Of a stretch of DNA of 64,000 nucleotides, positions 31,150 to 44,150 are shown piece after piece. The stretch comes from the human T2T-CHM13v2.0 reference genome, Homo sapiens. Every line of letters begins with the position of its first letter. Within the stretch, counting starts at the first letter, position 1. The stretch lies in the NCBI RefSeq assembly GCF_009914755.1, contig NC_060928.1, one strand, 5' to 3'. The notes under the pieces were generated by a model, which saw only the letters and a program-made list of their open reading frames with translations, was not told the DNA's origin and made no database searches. A program made the translations under genes and the position numbers.

Positions 31150-31292
31150 ATATGCTGCTTTCTGTGCCATGAGTAAAAAATTCATTTTTTTGAACAAGAA
31201 TTCACATTTCTTTTACTATCATTCAAGACTGTTACATACTGACTTGTTAGCATGAGAGTACGGTAAAATCTTAGGCTTTTCATAGATGTTCA
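31150..31292 (+). mobile_element. LTR40-like 3' terminal fragment
   Basis: tgagtaaaaaa...gactgt...ctgacttgttagcatgagagtacggtaaaatcttaggcttttcatag matches the recalled LTR40 end (CTAACTTGTTAGCTTGCAAGTAGGGTAAAATCTCAGACCCTTCACAG). Confidence 0.6.
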
Positions 31293-31314
31293 TTATGCCT
31301 GAATATCTTTTTTT

Positions 31315-31475
31315 CCTTTATATAGCTAAATATTTTTCTATCATATGGGTAGAAAATTTGATGCAAATTTGGTTATTATGAATAAATAATATGGCATACT
31401 TAAATGCTAATCTTTCTGTGAATACATATGCTTTCATTTCTCTAGGGTAAATGCCTGGGAGTAGAATTGCTGAGA
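31315..31475 (-). mobile_element. Old L1M fragment
   Basis: tctttctgtgaatacatatgctttcatttctctagggtaaatgcctgggagtagaattgctgag. Confidence 0.7.
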
Positions 31476-34400
31476 CAGGGAAACAGGCAATTACAATAGT
31501 TCCTTAAGAACTGTGCTTGTTAAACACTAAAATACAGGAGGAGGTGGATCAAGGTGGCCAAGTAGAACTCTCCAGCAATTGCCTCCCCCTGCAAAAACAC
31601 CAACTTAAACAACTACGAACTCAAGAAAGCACCTTTATAGGAACTAAAAGTCAGATGAGTGAACAGTATCTGGTTTTAACATCATATTAAAGAGACACTG
31701 AAAAGAGTAGCAAAGACAATCTTGAATTGCCAACCCTACTCCTTCCACCTCTCCTGGCAAGAGCCTCATGGCATGGAGATAGAATCTGTGTGCCTGAGGG
31801 AGGGGAAGCACGGTGATTGTGGGACTTTGCATTGGTACTCAGTGCTGCACTGTCACAGCAGAAAGCAACACAGGGCAGAATTCAGGCAGTGCCCATGGAG
31901 GGAGGGTTGTAGAACAGCCCTAGCAAAGGGGAATACTCCACCCCAGTGATCAGAACCTGAGTTCTGGCTAGCAACTAAGGTTCTGACCACTGGGATGGAG
32001 TATTCCTTTCTGCTTAAGTGCTCTGGCATTTTAAATAAACTTGAAAGGGAGTCTAGGCCACAAGGACTGAAATTCCTGGGCAAGTCCTGGTGTTGTGCTA
32101 GACTTGGGGCCAGGGGACATGGACATAGGGTGCCTGTGATCTAGTGAGACAGCTGGAGTGGCCAAAGGAGTACTTGCGTCCCAGCTCCCAAAAAACCCAG
32201 GCAGCACAGTTCTCAGCTCCAGGAGAGACTTTTTACTTCCACTTGAGGGGACAAGAGAGAAGAGTAAAGAGGACTTTGTCTTGCAACTTGAATACCTCCT
32301 CAGCCAGAGTAGAATAGAGCACCAGGCAGAGTTCTGAGGCTACCCACAACCCCCATTTCAGGCCCTAGTTCCTGGGCAACATTTCTTGACCCCCTCTGGT
32401 CCAGAACAGAACCCACTGCCTTTGAAAGGAAAGATCCAGTCATGGCTGGATTCACCGCCTTCTGACTAAAGGCTTCTTGAGCCTTGAATAAATATTAGTG
32501 TTAGTCTGACAGAACTCCCTGTGGTCTTTAACGAGACCCAGTGCTGTGCTGGTTTCAGGTATGACCCACCATATTTCCATCAGTGGGACTGAGGGACTGA
32601 CTGAGGAAAAGAGAGGGAAGAGTATAGAAGACTTTTTCTTGCAGTCTGGGTAGCAGCTCAGCCACAGTGAGGTAGAGTGCCAAGTGTGTTTCTGGGGTCC
32701 CTGATTCCAGACCTTGGCTCATGAATGTCATTTCTGGACCTGTCCTGGGCCAGGCAGGAAGCCTACTGCCCTTAAGGGAGAGAGCCAGGCCTGGCAACTT
32801 TCACCAGAAACTGATAGAAGAGCTGTGGGGTCTTGAGCGAACATCAGGAGTAGCCAGGCAGTACTTGCTGCAGGCCTGGGCAGGTGGTAGCCCCAGAGAC
32901 TCCTTATGCTTGAGAAAAGGAGAAGAGTGGGAAGAACTTCGTATTGCAGCTTAGATGCCAGCTGAGCCATAGTAGAATAAAGCAGCATGTAGATTCCTAA
33001 GGTTCTTGACTCCAGGACCTGGCTCTCAAACAGCATCTCTGGACCTTCTCTAAGCCAAGGGAGAGCTAAAGACACTGAAGGGAAGAAAAAAAGCCTGGCC
33101 AAATTCACTACCTGCTGACTGTAGAGCGCTTGTGCCTTGAGTGAACATCAGCAGTAGCAAGGAAGTGGTCACCCCAGGCCTTGGGCAAGATTGAGTGATG
33201 TGATGGCTTTGGGTCTAACCCAGCACCATCCTAGTCATGGTAGCCATAGAGTACTTATGTGACCCTCCCCAGGAACCAGGTAGCTCAGCACAAAGAGAGA
33301 TTCCATTCATTAAGGGGAAAGTAAGGGAAGCAAAAGAAGAGTCTCTGCCTGCTAATACAAAGAATTCTCCTGGATCTTACCCAAGACCACCAGGGTGGTA
33401 CCTCCAAGAGTCTGCAAGTCACAGCATTACTGGGCTTGGGGTATACCCTAATGCAGACATGGCTGCAGTGACCAAAAACTCAGATTACAACACCAAAGTC
33501 CCTTCAAATACCTGGAAAGCCTTCCCAAGAAGGATGGTTATAAACAAGCCCAGAATGCAAAGACTCTAATACTTATCCCTTCTATGCTGAGATACCAAAA
33601 AGCATCCACAACCATTGAGACTATCCAGAAAAACATAAATTCAATGAACTCAATAAGGTAACTGGGACCAATACTGGAGAGACAGAGATATGTGATTTTT
33701 CAGACAGATAATTCAAAGTAATTGTTTTCAGGAAGCTCAGAGAAATTCAAGATAACACAAAGAAATAATGCACAATCTTATTCGATAATGTAACAGAAAG
33801 ATTGAAATAATTACAAATAATCAACCAGAAATTCTGGAGTATAAGAATGAAATTGACATACTGAGAAATGCATCAGATTCTCTTACCAGCAGAAGAAATA
33901 ATTAGTAAACATGAAGACAGGCTATTCAAAAATACAGTCAGAGGATATAAAAGATCAAAGAATTAAAAAAAGAAGAGGACATGCCTACACAATTTGGAAA
34001 ATATTCACAAAAGGGTAAATTTAAAATGTATTGGCCTTAAAGAGGGGGTAACTAGGGATTGGGAATAAAGTTTATTCAAAGGGATAATAACAGAGAACTT
34101 TCCAAATCTAGAGAAAGACATCAATATTCAAATATAAGAAGGTTATAGAAAACCTAGCAGATTTAACCCAAATAAGACTATACCAGGTATTTAATAATCA
34201 AACTCCCAGTGGTCAAGAATAAATGAAGAATGCTAAAGTTAGCAAGCAAAAAGAAACAAATAGCATATAAAAGAGCCCCAATACATCTGGCAGCAGACTT
34301 CTTGGTAGAAACCTTATAGGCCACTGGGGAATGGAATGACATATTTAAAGTCCTGAAGCAAAAAGACTTTTATCCTAGAGTAGTAAGTCTGAAAATATCC

Positions 34401-34954
34401 TTCAAACATGATGGAAAAATAAATACATTCCCAGACAATCAAAAGCTGAGGGATTTCATTAACACCAGACATATCCTGCAAGAAATGCTAAAGGAAGTTC
34501 TTCACCTGACAGAAAAACATATTAATGGGCAATAAGAAATCATCTGAAGGTACACAGATAAGTACACAGAAAAACACAGAATATTATAATACTGTCATTT
34601 TGGTGTGTAAACTACTCATGTCTTGAGTGGAAAGACTAAAAGGAATCCATCAAAAATATTAACAAAAACAACTTTTCAGGACATACATAGGGTAATATAA
34701 TATAAATGGAAACAACAAAAAGTTAAAAAGTTAAAAAGAGGGTGCATGAAGTGTCAAGTTTGCATTCGCTTTCTCTTTGCTTGTTTATTAGTTTTTGCAC
34801 TCAGAGTTAAGTTGTCATCAGTTTAAAATAATGGGTTACAAGATATTATTTGCAAGCTTTATGGTTATTTCAAATTTAAAAAATCTACCACAGATACACA
34901 CACCAATAAAAGCAAGAAATTAAAACCTACCACCAGAGAATATTAACTTCACAA

Positions 34955-34995
34955 AAGGAAAGGAAGGAAGGAGGGAGGGAGGGAGGGAGGGAAGA
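34955..34995. repeat. (GGAA)n/(GGGA)n purine microsatellite
   Basis: Read directly from the sequence. Confidence 0.85.
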
Positions 34996-35309
34996 GAAGA
35001 CCACAAAATAACCAGAAAACAAAGCAACAAAATGGTAACAGTAAGTACTTAATTATCAACAGTAATAATGAATGTAGATGAAGTAATATTCTCTAAAAAG
35101 AGAATATCTAAAAACAGAAATCTAAAAAGAGTAGGAGTAGGTACACTTATATTAGACAAAATACATTTTAAAACACCAACTATTAAAAGAGACAAAGAAG
35201 GTCATTATAGAATGGCAAAGAGGACAAGTTAGCAAGATAATATAATAATTTTAAGTATATAGGCACCCTACCTTGGACCACTTAGATATAAAAAGAAAAT
35301 ATTAGAACT

Positions 35310-35338
<29 letters not shown>
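35310..35338. repeat. (AG)n microsatellite
   Basis: Read directly from the sequence. Confidence 0.95.
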
Positions 35339-35341
<3 letters not shown>

Positions 35342-38300
35342 TAATACAATAACAGCTGGAGAACTCGACACCCCACTTAGACAGCATTGGACAGATTATC
35401 TAGACAGAAAATAAACAAAGGAACATCAGAAGCAATCTCTCCTATAGACCAAATGGACCTCATAGATATTTACAGATCATTTCATCTAACAAATGCTGAA
35501 TACACATCTCCTAAGCACATGGATTATTCTCAGGGATAGACCATATGTTAAACCACACTATGAGTTTAAAGAAATACTAAAAAGTAAATTCATATCGAGT
35601 ATTTTCTCTGACCACAATGGAATAAAACTAGAAATGAGTAACAAGAGGAACTCCAGAAACTGCATAAGCACATGAAAGTTAAACAATTTGCCCCTGAATG
35701 ACCAGAGGGTCAATGAAAAAATTAAGAAGGAAATTAAATTTTTTTCTTAAAACAAATGAAATTGGAAACACAATATACCAAAACTAAAAGAATACATCAA
35801 AAGCAGAACTGAGAGAAAAGCTTAGAGCAATAAATGGCTACATAAATATGTAGAGAAAACTTCAAATACACAACCTAATAATGCATCTTAAATAACTAGA
35901 ATAAAAGCAAAAACCAAACTGAAAATCAGCAGAAGAAAAGTGATAATAAAGATCAAAGCAGAAATAAGTGAAATAGAAAAAAACACATAAAAGATCAAAA
36001 ATATGAAAAGTAGTTTTTGAAAAGATATGCAAAATTGCTAAACCTTCAGCCAGACTAACAAAGGAAAAAACAGAGAAGACGGAAATAAATAAAATCAGTG
36101 ATGAGAAAGGACACGTTACTACTGAAAAAATAGAAATTCGAAGCATCATTAGAGACTACTATGAGCTCTATATATGTACGTATATTGGGATATATGTACT
36201 ATATCCCAATACATTGGACCACCTAGAAAAAAATGGATAAATTCCTAGACACATACAACCTACCAAGATTGAACCATGAAGAAATCCAAAACCTGAACAC
36301 ACCAATAACAAGTAATGGGATCAAAGCTGTAATAAAAAGTTTCCCAGCGAAGAAAAGCCTGAGATTTGATGATTTCACTGCTAAATTTTACTAAACATTT
36401 AAAAAAGAATTGATAACACTCCTATTCGGACTATTCTGAAAAATAGAGGAAGAAACATTTTCAAACTCATTCTACAAGGCCAGCATTCACTTACAGCAGA
36501 ACCTGAGGAAGACACACCAAAAAACGGAAAACCAAAGGCCAATACCCCGATGCAAAAATCCTCAACAAAATACTAGCAAACTGAATTCAAGAACACATTA
36601 AAAAGGTCATTCATCGTGACCAAGTTGGATTTGTCCCAGGGATGCAAGGATGATTCAATATATGCAAATCAGTCAATATGATACATATCAACTAAATGAA
36701 GTACAAAAACGATGTGATCATGTCAATTACTGAAAACACATTTGATAAACTCAGTATCTCTTAATGGAAAAAAAAAAACTAAGAAAAAACTTGGTATAGA
36801 AGAAGCACACCTCAATACAATAAAATCTTATATGACAGACCCACAAATCGTATCATACTGAATGATGAAAAACTGAAAGCTTTTCACCTAAGATCTGGAA
36901 CAAGACAAGGATGCCCACTTTCACTACTGTTATTTAACATGGTACTGGAAGTCCCAACTAGGGCAATCAGACAAAAGTAAGAAATACAGGTCATCCAAAT
37001 TCAAAAGGAAGAAGTCAAATTATCCTTGTTTGCACAGATTCTATGATCTTATAATAAAAACCTAAAGACTCCACAAAAATCTTAAAGCACAGAAAATTAA
37101 CTACTTAGGAAAAAAATTAACCAAAGAACTAAAATATCTCTACAAAAAAAACTATAAAACGCTGATGAAGAAAATTGAAGAGAACTTAAAAAATGAAAAG
37201 ATATGCCATGTCCATGGATTGGAAGAATCAATATTGTTAAAATGTTCATACTACCCAAAGCAGTCTACAGATTCAATCTAGTCACTATCAAAACACATAG
37301 AAAAATACATTTTTTTCTATTTCACAGAAATAGAATGTATAGAGATAGACAGTAAATGGATGGTTATCAGAGGCTTGGAAGGGTAGTGGATGAAAGGAAG
37401 TGATAATAATTAATGGTTACAAAAATATATTCAGTTACATTGAATAAGATCTAGTATCTGATAGCACAACAGGGTGACTATAGTCAATGATAATTAAATG
37501 TATATTTAAAAATAACTAAATTATATAATTGGAATGCTTGTAATACAAAGAAATAATAAATGCTTGAGATAATGAAAACCCAACTTATTGTGATGTGATT
37601 ACTGTGCATTATATGCCTGTATCAAAATATCTCATGTACCTAATAAATATGTATACCTATTATGTACACCTAAAAATTTAAAATTAATATAAAAAAGGAA
37701 ATAGAGTCAGTTAATGTCTTCTGGAGAAATATGACAGACATGATGCCAAAAAAAAAAAAAAAAAGGATCGACAAAGTGTGAGCAGGGGTGAATTTGTTGT
37801 TAAAAAAATGTTTAAATAAAAAGAGTTGCTCTATGAGATAAATCACATGGATAATAAAGGAGGTAAAACAGTTTTAAAAAGTTAAAGTTAATTTGCCTTT
37901 GATACACCCAAGAGAATATAAAGGTGATACAACAGGGGTGTACGAATGTAAAAGGACTTGAGAGTGAAATAAATATTGATTAATTGAATTTGGTATTAAA
38001 ATTCTTCCCAGCCTACCTCCAACTACTCACAGTTTCCTTTCACAATAATAGAGTAAAAATGGCTTGAAACTTCTATTTCATTCTTATTGAATTTATCTAA
38101 AATTGTTACTAATATTTATTTGTAAACAACATGACTTTTATTTTAGAAATTTTCTATGATACTATTTGCAATCTTATGAAAGATACAATGGTATCTAGAG
38201 AAAAAGACAATTTATTACATTAAATTTTTTCATGTGATCGTAATTATTCATGATGAAGTCATGTAATAGGTATTCCAAATTATAATCTGTATTATATTAT

Positions 38301-38430
38301 AAAGGTTGGGTTTGATATCCAAAAATATTTTGGTATTTTGGAAACACAGGCAACTCATAAAAAAAAATTTATCGTGGCTTGAGGTATTGTGAACAGTGCT
38401 GCAATAAGTAGGATTTTTTTAAAGATTTGC

Positions 38431-38566
38431 AAATAATCTATACACCAAACCCCCAGGACATGCCATTTACCTGTATAATAAACCTGTACATGTACCCGTG
38501 AACTTAAAATAAAAGTCAAATAATAAAAATTAATAAAAATTTCCTGTGGTACTAAAAAAAAAAAAA
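38431..38566 (+). mobile_element. Very short 5'-truncated L1PA (about PA13-16) 3' end with a double A tail
   Basis: aaataatctatacaccaaacccccaggacatgccatttacctgtataataaacctgtacatgtacccgtgaacttaaaataaaagt. TSD aaagatttgcaaat / aaacacttgcaaat. Confidence 0.85.
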
Positions 38567-38574
38567 CACTTGCA

Positions 38575-38685
38575 AATGATGCATGCTTATAGTAATGAAT
38601 AACTTATTTACCCTAATATGATTATTATATATTATATGCCAGTATCAAAATATCTCATGTACCCCATACATAAAAATTTTAAATT
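38575..38685 (+). mobile_element. L1MA 3'-terminal fragment
   Basis: atttaccctaatatgattatt...atatgccagtatcaaaatatctcatgtaccccata, similar to 37580-37645. Confidence 0.75.
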
Positions 38686-39274
38686 ATATTGATGTTAATT
38701 AAAATATGCTATTATTTTTAATTTTACATAACACATTTAATAAATTAATTGCTTTATAATCCAGGTTTCTCTGAAAAAATTACTTATTAAGTTGAATTAT
38801 GAATTTTTAAAATAATAGTATAGACAGATATAATAAAAGAGAGGCTTAGTTTTTTCTAAATTTATTTATTTAGGCTCATGGTTGCAATCTATTTGCTCAC
38901 TCTAATTTTTCTATCACAAGAAAATATTCAAAATTTTTAGAGATGCTTTGGAATAAAGAGAAAATAGTATTAGTTACAATTTCTATGTAGTAAAGAAAAA
39001 ATAATAATAACCCCAATCCCTATGTAGTAAATTTATAATCATGGCATGGCATATATTGTATATTCACATTGAGCACAAGTTTTATTCCATGGTCAAAACA
39101 CAACCAATACAAGTTGCCAGGGTGTGAGCAAAGCAAGTTGGTAAATAGCACCTATAGCTGTCTTCCTGTCTGCAAGCAGATTTTGCTTCAGTTAAGTAAT
39201 AGCACTTTACATTTTACTGAAAAGCTTGTTGTTATTTAGGAGGTGTGGTCCTCAAGGATAATTCTCAAGGTTTG

Positions 39275-39388
39275 TAGAGCATAATTCTCAAGGACTTTTA
39301 TTTAATAGGACTGGAGAGGGATCTGGACATGTATTTTATAACAACTTCACCAAACGATTTTGAAGTAAAGGATGAGAATCACTGCTCA
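39275..39388. mobile_element. MER5A-like hAT MITE fragment
   Basis: ttaataggactggagagggatctggacatgtattttataacaacttcacc...gatgagaatcactgctc. Confidence 0.5.
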
Positions 39389-40312
39389 AAGCAACCTACC
39401 TCATTTTCCTGTGTCTCTTTTCATTGTCGTTATATAAAATGGATATTATTAGTTATTGGTAGTCACTGAATATTATTCATTAACTTCTTAGGTATCTGTA
39501 GCTTAGATCTATCATTTTAAGGCTATGAAATCCTTTAGGAAATTTGAAAAGATTACAAAAGTAAAAGATTATTTTCAGAATTCTAATTTTATAATTTAAA
39601 ATTTATTACTCAACTTTGAAAACAGGGAGTTATATTTTAAAAATTTCAGTTAAATCAACAATTAGTTTAGATAGGCCTTTTTTGTTATGCTAGGCAAATT
39701 TGAGGACTGGATGTGTACATAGAATCAGAAATATTTAGAAGTTTTTTAATACTTAACTTCATTACTACATAAGTTGCAAAGTGGGAAATTGTAAAGGAGA
39801 TGATGGATAGGCAGATGGAGTTTGATTACATGTAATAATAAGCCATATATTCATATACACAGCAGTAGCAACTAGTCTTCGCAGAAATCAGCAGTTTAGT
39901 CATCTGTAAGTGAACCATTTTCCCAACACATACAATGCCAAATAGGGGATGATAATAGAGAAACTAGAGAAAATTTAATGTGGGAAAAATTTCAGAAAAG
40001 AATGACATGCTGCCAAAATAATTTTCTTATATTCCTACATTTATCTTTCACATTTAGAATTTGCTCTTTAAATTTATGTTTCTTTTATTTTAAAATTAGT
40101 TAAAATTACTTAAGTCATGCAATATTTATGACATAAAATATTACTATGTGAATATTATTAAGTTTTTATGTATGTCTTATGCCAGAAGATTTTGGATCAA
40201 GTATCCAAATTTTATTACTGAAGTTCTGCTATTGGCCAGGAACTTAAATGAAATGCAGATAAAAATTTATCTATTTGTAGATTTGTTCAAAAAACAAAAG
40301 TGCTTGGTTGAA

Positions 40313-40405
40313 GTATATATATATATATGTATTTATATATATATATTTAAATATCTGTATAAATTTATACATGTTTATATATATAAATATATATATATAT
40401 ATTTT
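40313..40405. repeat. Degenerate (TA)n
   Basis: Read directly from the sequence. Confidence 0.85.
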
Positions 40406-40971
40406 ATAATAGGCACAGTATGCACAGCAGACCTAATTCTAAACACCATAGTTTGAAAAGATGAGCCCAACTAATTGTGCATCATTAGTGGCATGGAATT
40501 TGCAATCAGGAAGATTTGGGAAGAGAAGTGGAATGTTATATAAAGTATGAGGATTTGGGAAGTGAATGTGATAGTGTTTGAACTCTAAGCATCTCTGGGA
40601 ATTCAGTCAGGTTTGATTCCTTGTTCTTTTTTTAAAGGAATGGAAGGACATCATATCATCATAATGCAGCTATAAATTTATGGCGCTTTTTTCTCTCACA
40701 GGTACATATACGAAAAAGTTTATTTTTCTTTTTTTAATAATCATAAAATATAAACTTCCCTAGCTCTAGAGAAAAGCATTCTTTCTTTCTCCAATCCTTT
40801 ACCCACTCTTCAATGAAGGCAAATATACATAGGAGATGCAGTATAGCAAGTCCTAGAAATAGGAGAAAGCAAATAAAGCAAAAATTACTTCATTATGTTA
40901 TCTTTTTCCTTCTTTTTACGGTAGTAACATATGCTTTTTTTTAAACAAAATACCCAATTTGATTTCTATTT

Positions 40972-41303
40972 CTTTTTTTCTTTTCTTTTTCTTTTAATTT
41001 ATTTTATTTTATTTTTTTTGAGAGGGAGTTTAGCTCTTGTTGCCCAGGCTGGGGAGCAACTGCGTTACCGCTGCTCACTGCACCCTCTGCTTCCCAGGTT
41101 CAAGAGATTCTCGTGCCTCAGCCTCCTGAGTAGCTGGGATTACAGGCGCCCACCACCACGCCCGGCTAATTTTTTGTGCTTTTAGTAGAGACGGGGTTCC
41201 ACCATTTTGGCCAGGCTGGTCTCAAAATCTTGACCTCAGGTGATCCACCCGTCTCGGCCTCCCAAAGTACCGGGATTACAGGCGTGGGCCACCGCGCCCG
41301 GCC
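40972..41303 (-). mobile_element. AluS (Sq/Sp-like), full length
   Basis: Antisense Alu with the gagtttagctcttgttgcccagg signature, ending caccgcgcccggcc. Composite T-rich tail. Confidence 0.96.
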
Positions 41304-41324
41304 CTATTTATAATCTTTAAAGAA

Positions 41325-41948
41325 TTTCAACTTTTATTTTAGATTCAGAGGGTACATGCGCAGATTTGTTACCTGGGTATATTGTGTGATTCTGAGGTTT
41401 GGAGTGTGATTGATCCCATTACCAAGGTACTGAACATAATACCCAACAGTTAATTTTTCAAACCTTGTCCCCCTGTTTCCCTCCTCGTTCTGCTAATAGA
41501 GACCGTAGATGACACAAACAAACGGAAAAACATTCCATGCTCATGGATTGGAAGAATCAATATACATAAAATGGCCGTACTGCCCAAAGTAGGCCCCAGT
41601 TTCTATCGTTACCATCCTTATGTCCGGAGTAACCAATGTTTACTTCCCACTTATAAGTGAGAACGGGCGGGGTATTTGGTGTTTTGTTTCTGTGTAAAGT
41701 CGCTTAGGAAATGAACTTCAGTTCTATCCATGTTGCTGCAAAGGACATGATTTTGGTCTTCTTATGTCTGTGTAGTATTCCATGGTGTATATGTACCACA
41801 TTTTCTTTATCCCATCCACTGTTGATGGGCACCTAGGTTGATTCTATGTCTTTGCTATTCTGAATAGTGTTGTGATGAACATGAGAGTGCATGTGTCTTT
41901 TTGGTAGAATGATTTTTTTTTTTCCTTTAGGATATATACCCAGTAATG
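41325..41948 (-). mobile_element. 5'-truncated L1PA15/16-type 3' end, containing an inverted ORF2 insert
   Basis: tttcaacttttattttagattcagagggtacatgcgcag...cccacttataagtgagaac...gttgatgggcacctaggttgattc...gatatatacccagtaatg. Confidence 0.92.
41493..41589 (+). mobile_element. ~97-bp sense L1 ORF2 fragment embedded in the antisense L1 3'UTR
   Basis: tagatgacacaaacaaacggaaaaacattccatgctcatggattggaagaatcaatat...aaaatggccgtactgcccaaag, translating as [27 protein letters not shown]. Confidence 0.92.
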
Positions 41949-43949
41949 ACTGATCGACTTACAACAGTGATATAATTCTGGAATTTTCTTCTGTTTTGCA
42001 ATTTTGACTTGGAGTGCTGATCTCCCACATGTCATTATTTCAACTAGCCCTAAATGAAAGAAACAACATAATTAATAAAGTCATTCTCAAATATGGGCAA
42101 TTATGTATTATCAAACACCTAAACATCTAGATTCAACTTGGCAAAAGAAAAGCAAATTTTCTTCCCCTTTCACATCGTTTATTTAGATTTTGACGGATTA
42201 TTTTTAAAGAAGGTAATTTAACTGTGTTAATATATACTCTAAATGTCAATCTAAACGTATTTTTCCTCTGTATGTAATACAGTGTATTGATTATGAATTC
42301 ATATCGTATTTCTGATTCATTTGTCATCATTAAAATAAAATTATTCCAGTTGCCAACAAATAAATGGGTGGATACAACACTCAATTATTTTAATGCTGCC
42401 CAAAATTGAGCCAAATATTGTGAATATGAATTAGAAAATCCTTTTATGTTTGTAGAGTGTATTTTTCAAAATATGATTAATTTAACTTTATATGAAAAAG
42501 ATTATTTGAAGTTCACAGCTTATAAACGGTTTAAAGATGTAGAATACATTTTTAATCTACCCCAAATGTGTGAGTTGATTACAATTTACAGGAGGTAATT
42601 AAATTACCACTGGGTCTGATGTTAAACTTAGCTGAAGCAAAACTATCTTAAAACAAAAGTGTATATATATATATATATATATAGTATATTAAAATAATTA
42701 GCTAGCTATCCAGAAATTGAACAGACCTGAATTCAGAATACTATAATAGGTAACTAGTTTTCAAAATTATAGCTCCCCCAATCTTCTTTTATATCATGCT
42801 GTTATCATGTTCAAAGAAGAGCTTATATCTGTCTATCTTTTTCCATAACTTGATATAGAAGACAGAGTTTAATGTAATCACTGAATCATGTGACTGTTGC
42901 AATCGGGAAATAACCAGTTAATATCTTCAGTATTTTAGCAACTCATTTTTTCAAAGATGAACTAAAAATATTAAATACGTATAAATTTCACAGGTATATA
43001 TTTAAAATTTTTATTTTATTGCATAGATAGATAATGTGGCCAATATAGTAAGTCAGTTATAGATATAATTCTCAACTCTTTCTGGAGAGATACGGTTTAT
43101 AGATTGCTTACATAGTGAGCCAACTCTCCTCTGATAGGTCTTATCAACTTAATGTCAGGGCTTACCTTTTTGTAGAGGAAGATAACCCAAGGACATCAAA
43201 CGATTCCAGGGTAGGATCTCCCTCTACTGATTCCTATATGTCTTCCTAAGGAATCAGTATGATTGTCCTATTGAGCAGAGAAGTGATCTCACATTTTGAT
43301 GGTGTCCACAGCAAGAAGAGAATCCTACATTCCATTCCAATCCATTGGTGTAGATCTGTGCAATGCTCTGTGCTTTATTATCTGTATCTTATCTTCTTAT
43401 CTACTGGTACTATTGGTAAAAAGGCACTCACTGTATGCAAAAAAAATGTAGCATACATTAATGAAAAAGTATGAGATAATTATTTTGAATTAATGCACAA
43501 GCCTGATAAAACGTAAATTTTCTCAAGAATTTTCTGGTAGCTCTTAGTATGTTCCTAAACTGTCATGTGTTTGCATTTGCTTATGGATTGTCATACTCCC
43601 CCAAAGCTCTGATGTCATTTTAGGTTGTCCCTGGTTTGTGAAAATAGTTGAAATGTAATAGTAATGTATTAATCATAATTTTAAATCTAGGCCTGCATTT
43701 CCCCTTAGAAACAATGTTAAAAATATTAAGTTCAAAAGAAAGATAAAATATATTTATATTAGCTTTTGATAAATGTGATGGATATTTTAACTGTAGAATA
43801 TTTAAATATTTTTGAATATTTTAATTATAATTAAAATATTTATAATATTTTAGAATGTTTTAAGTGTAACTTGAGTTTATTAGAACAAATCTAATATTAA
43901 CAACTTATTTTTTCATAATAATAATTTCAAATAATTTTACTTAAATAAA

Positions 43950-44150
43950 ATTTTCAGATATGTCAATCTAGAGAGAAAAATGTTGATTAGTGATAACTCA
44001 GGGCTAAGTGAGAAAAGGGTGTGGAATAAAGTTTAGTTTCTTTTAACAGGATAGAAATATTTTAAAATTAGATTGTAAATATACTAAAAAAATTTGTATG
44101 TTTTTAAAAGGATATATGTTATGGTATATAAATTCTAAGTCAAGAAAGGT
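43950..44150 (+). mobile_element. Old L1M(E) 3' end fragment
   Basis: gattagtgataactcagggct...gaaatattttaaaattagattgt...ttatggtatataaatt. Confidence 0.55.

Larger units (their letters stand above)
31540..37700 (+). mobile_element. L1MA2/L1MA3-type LINE-1 with both ends; decayed ORF1 and ORF2 with several internal deletions
   Basis: L1M1-type 5'UTR (caaggtggccaagtagaactctcc...) with three ~330-bp degenerate subunits (~32410, 32760, 33070). ORF1 at ~33600-34550 and ORF2 EN/RT relics at 35030-37330. L1MA 3'UTR (gaataagatctagtatctgatagcacaacagggtgactatagtcaa...atcaaaatatctcatgtacc). Confidence 0.92.

Noticed and set aside
32400-33250. Three ~330-bp degenerate repeats and GC-richer ORFs
   Set aside because: They lie within the L1MA 5'UTR, whose subunit structure explains them; not a separate array or gene.
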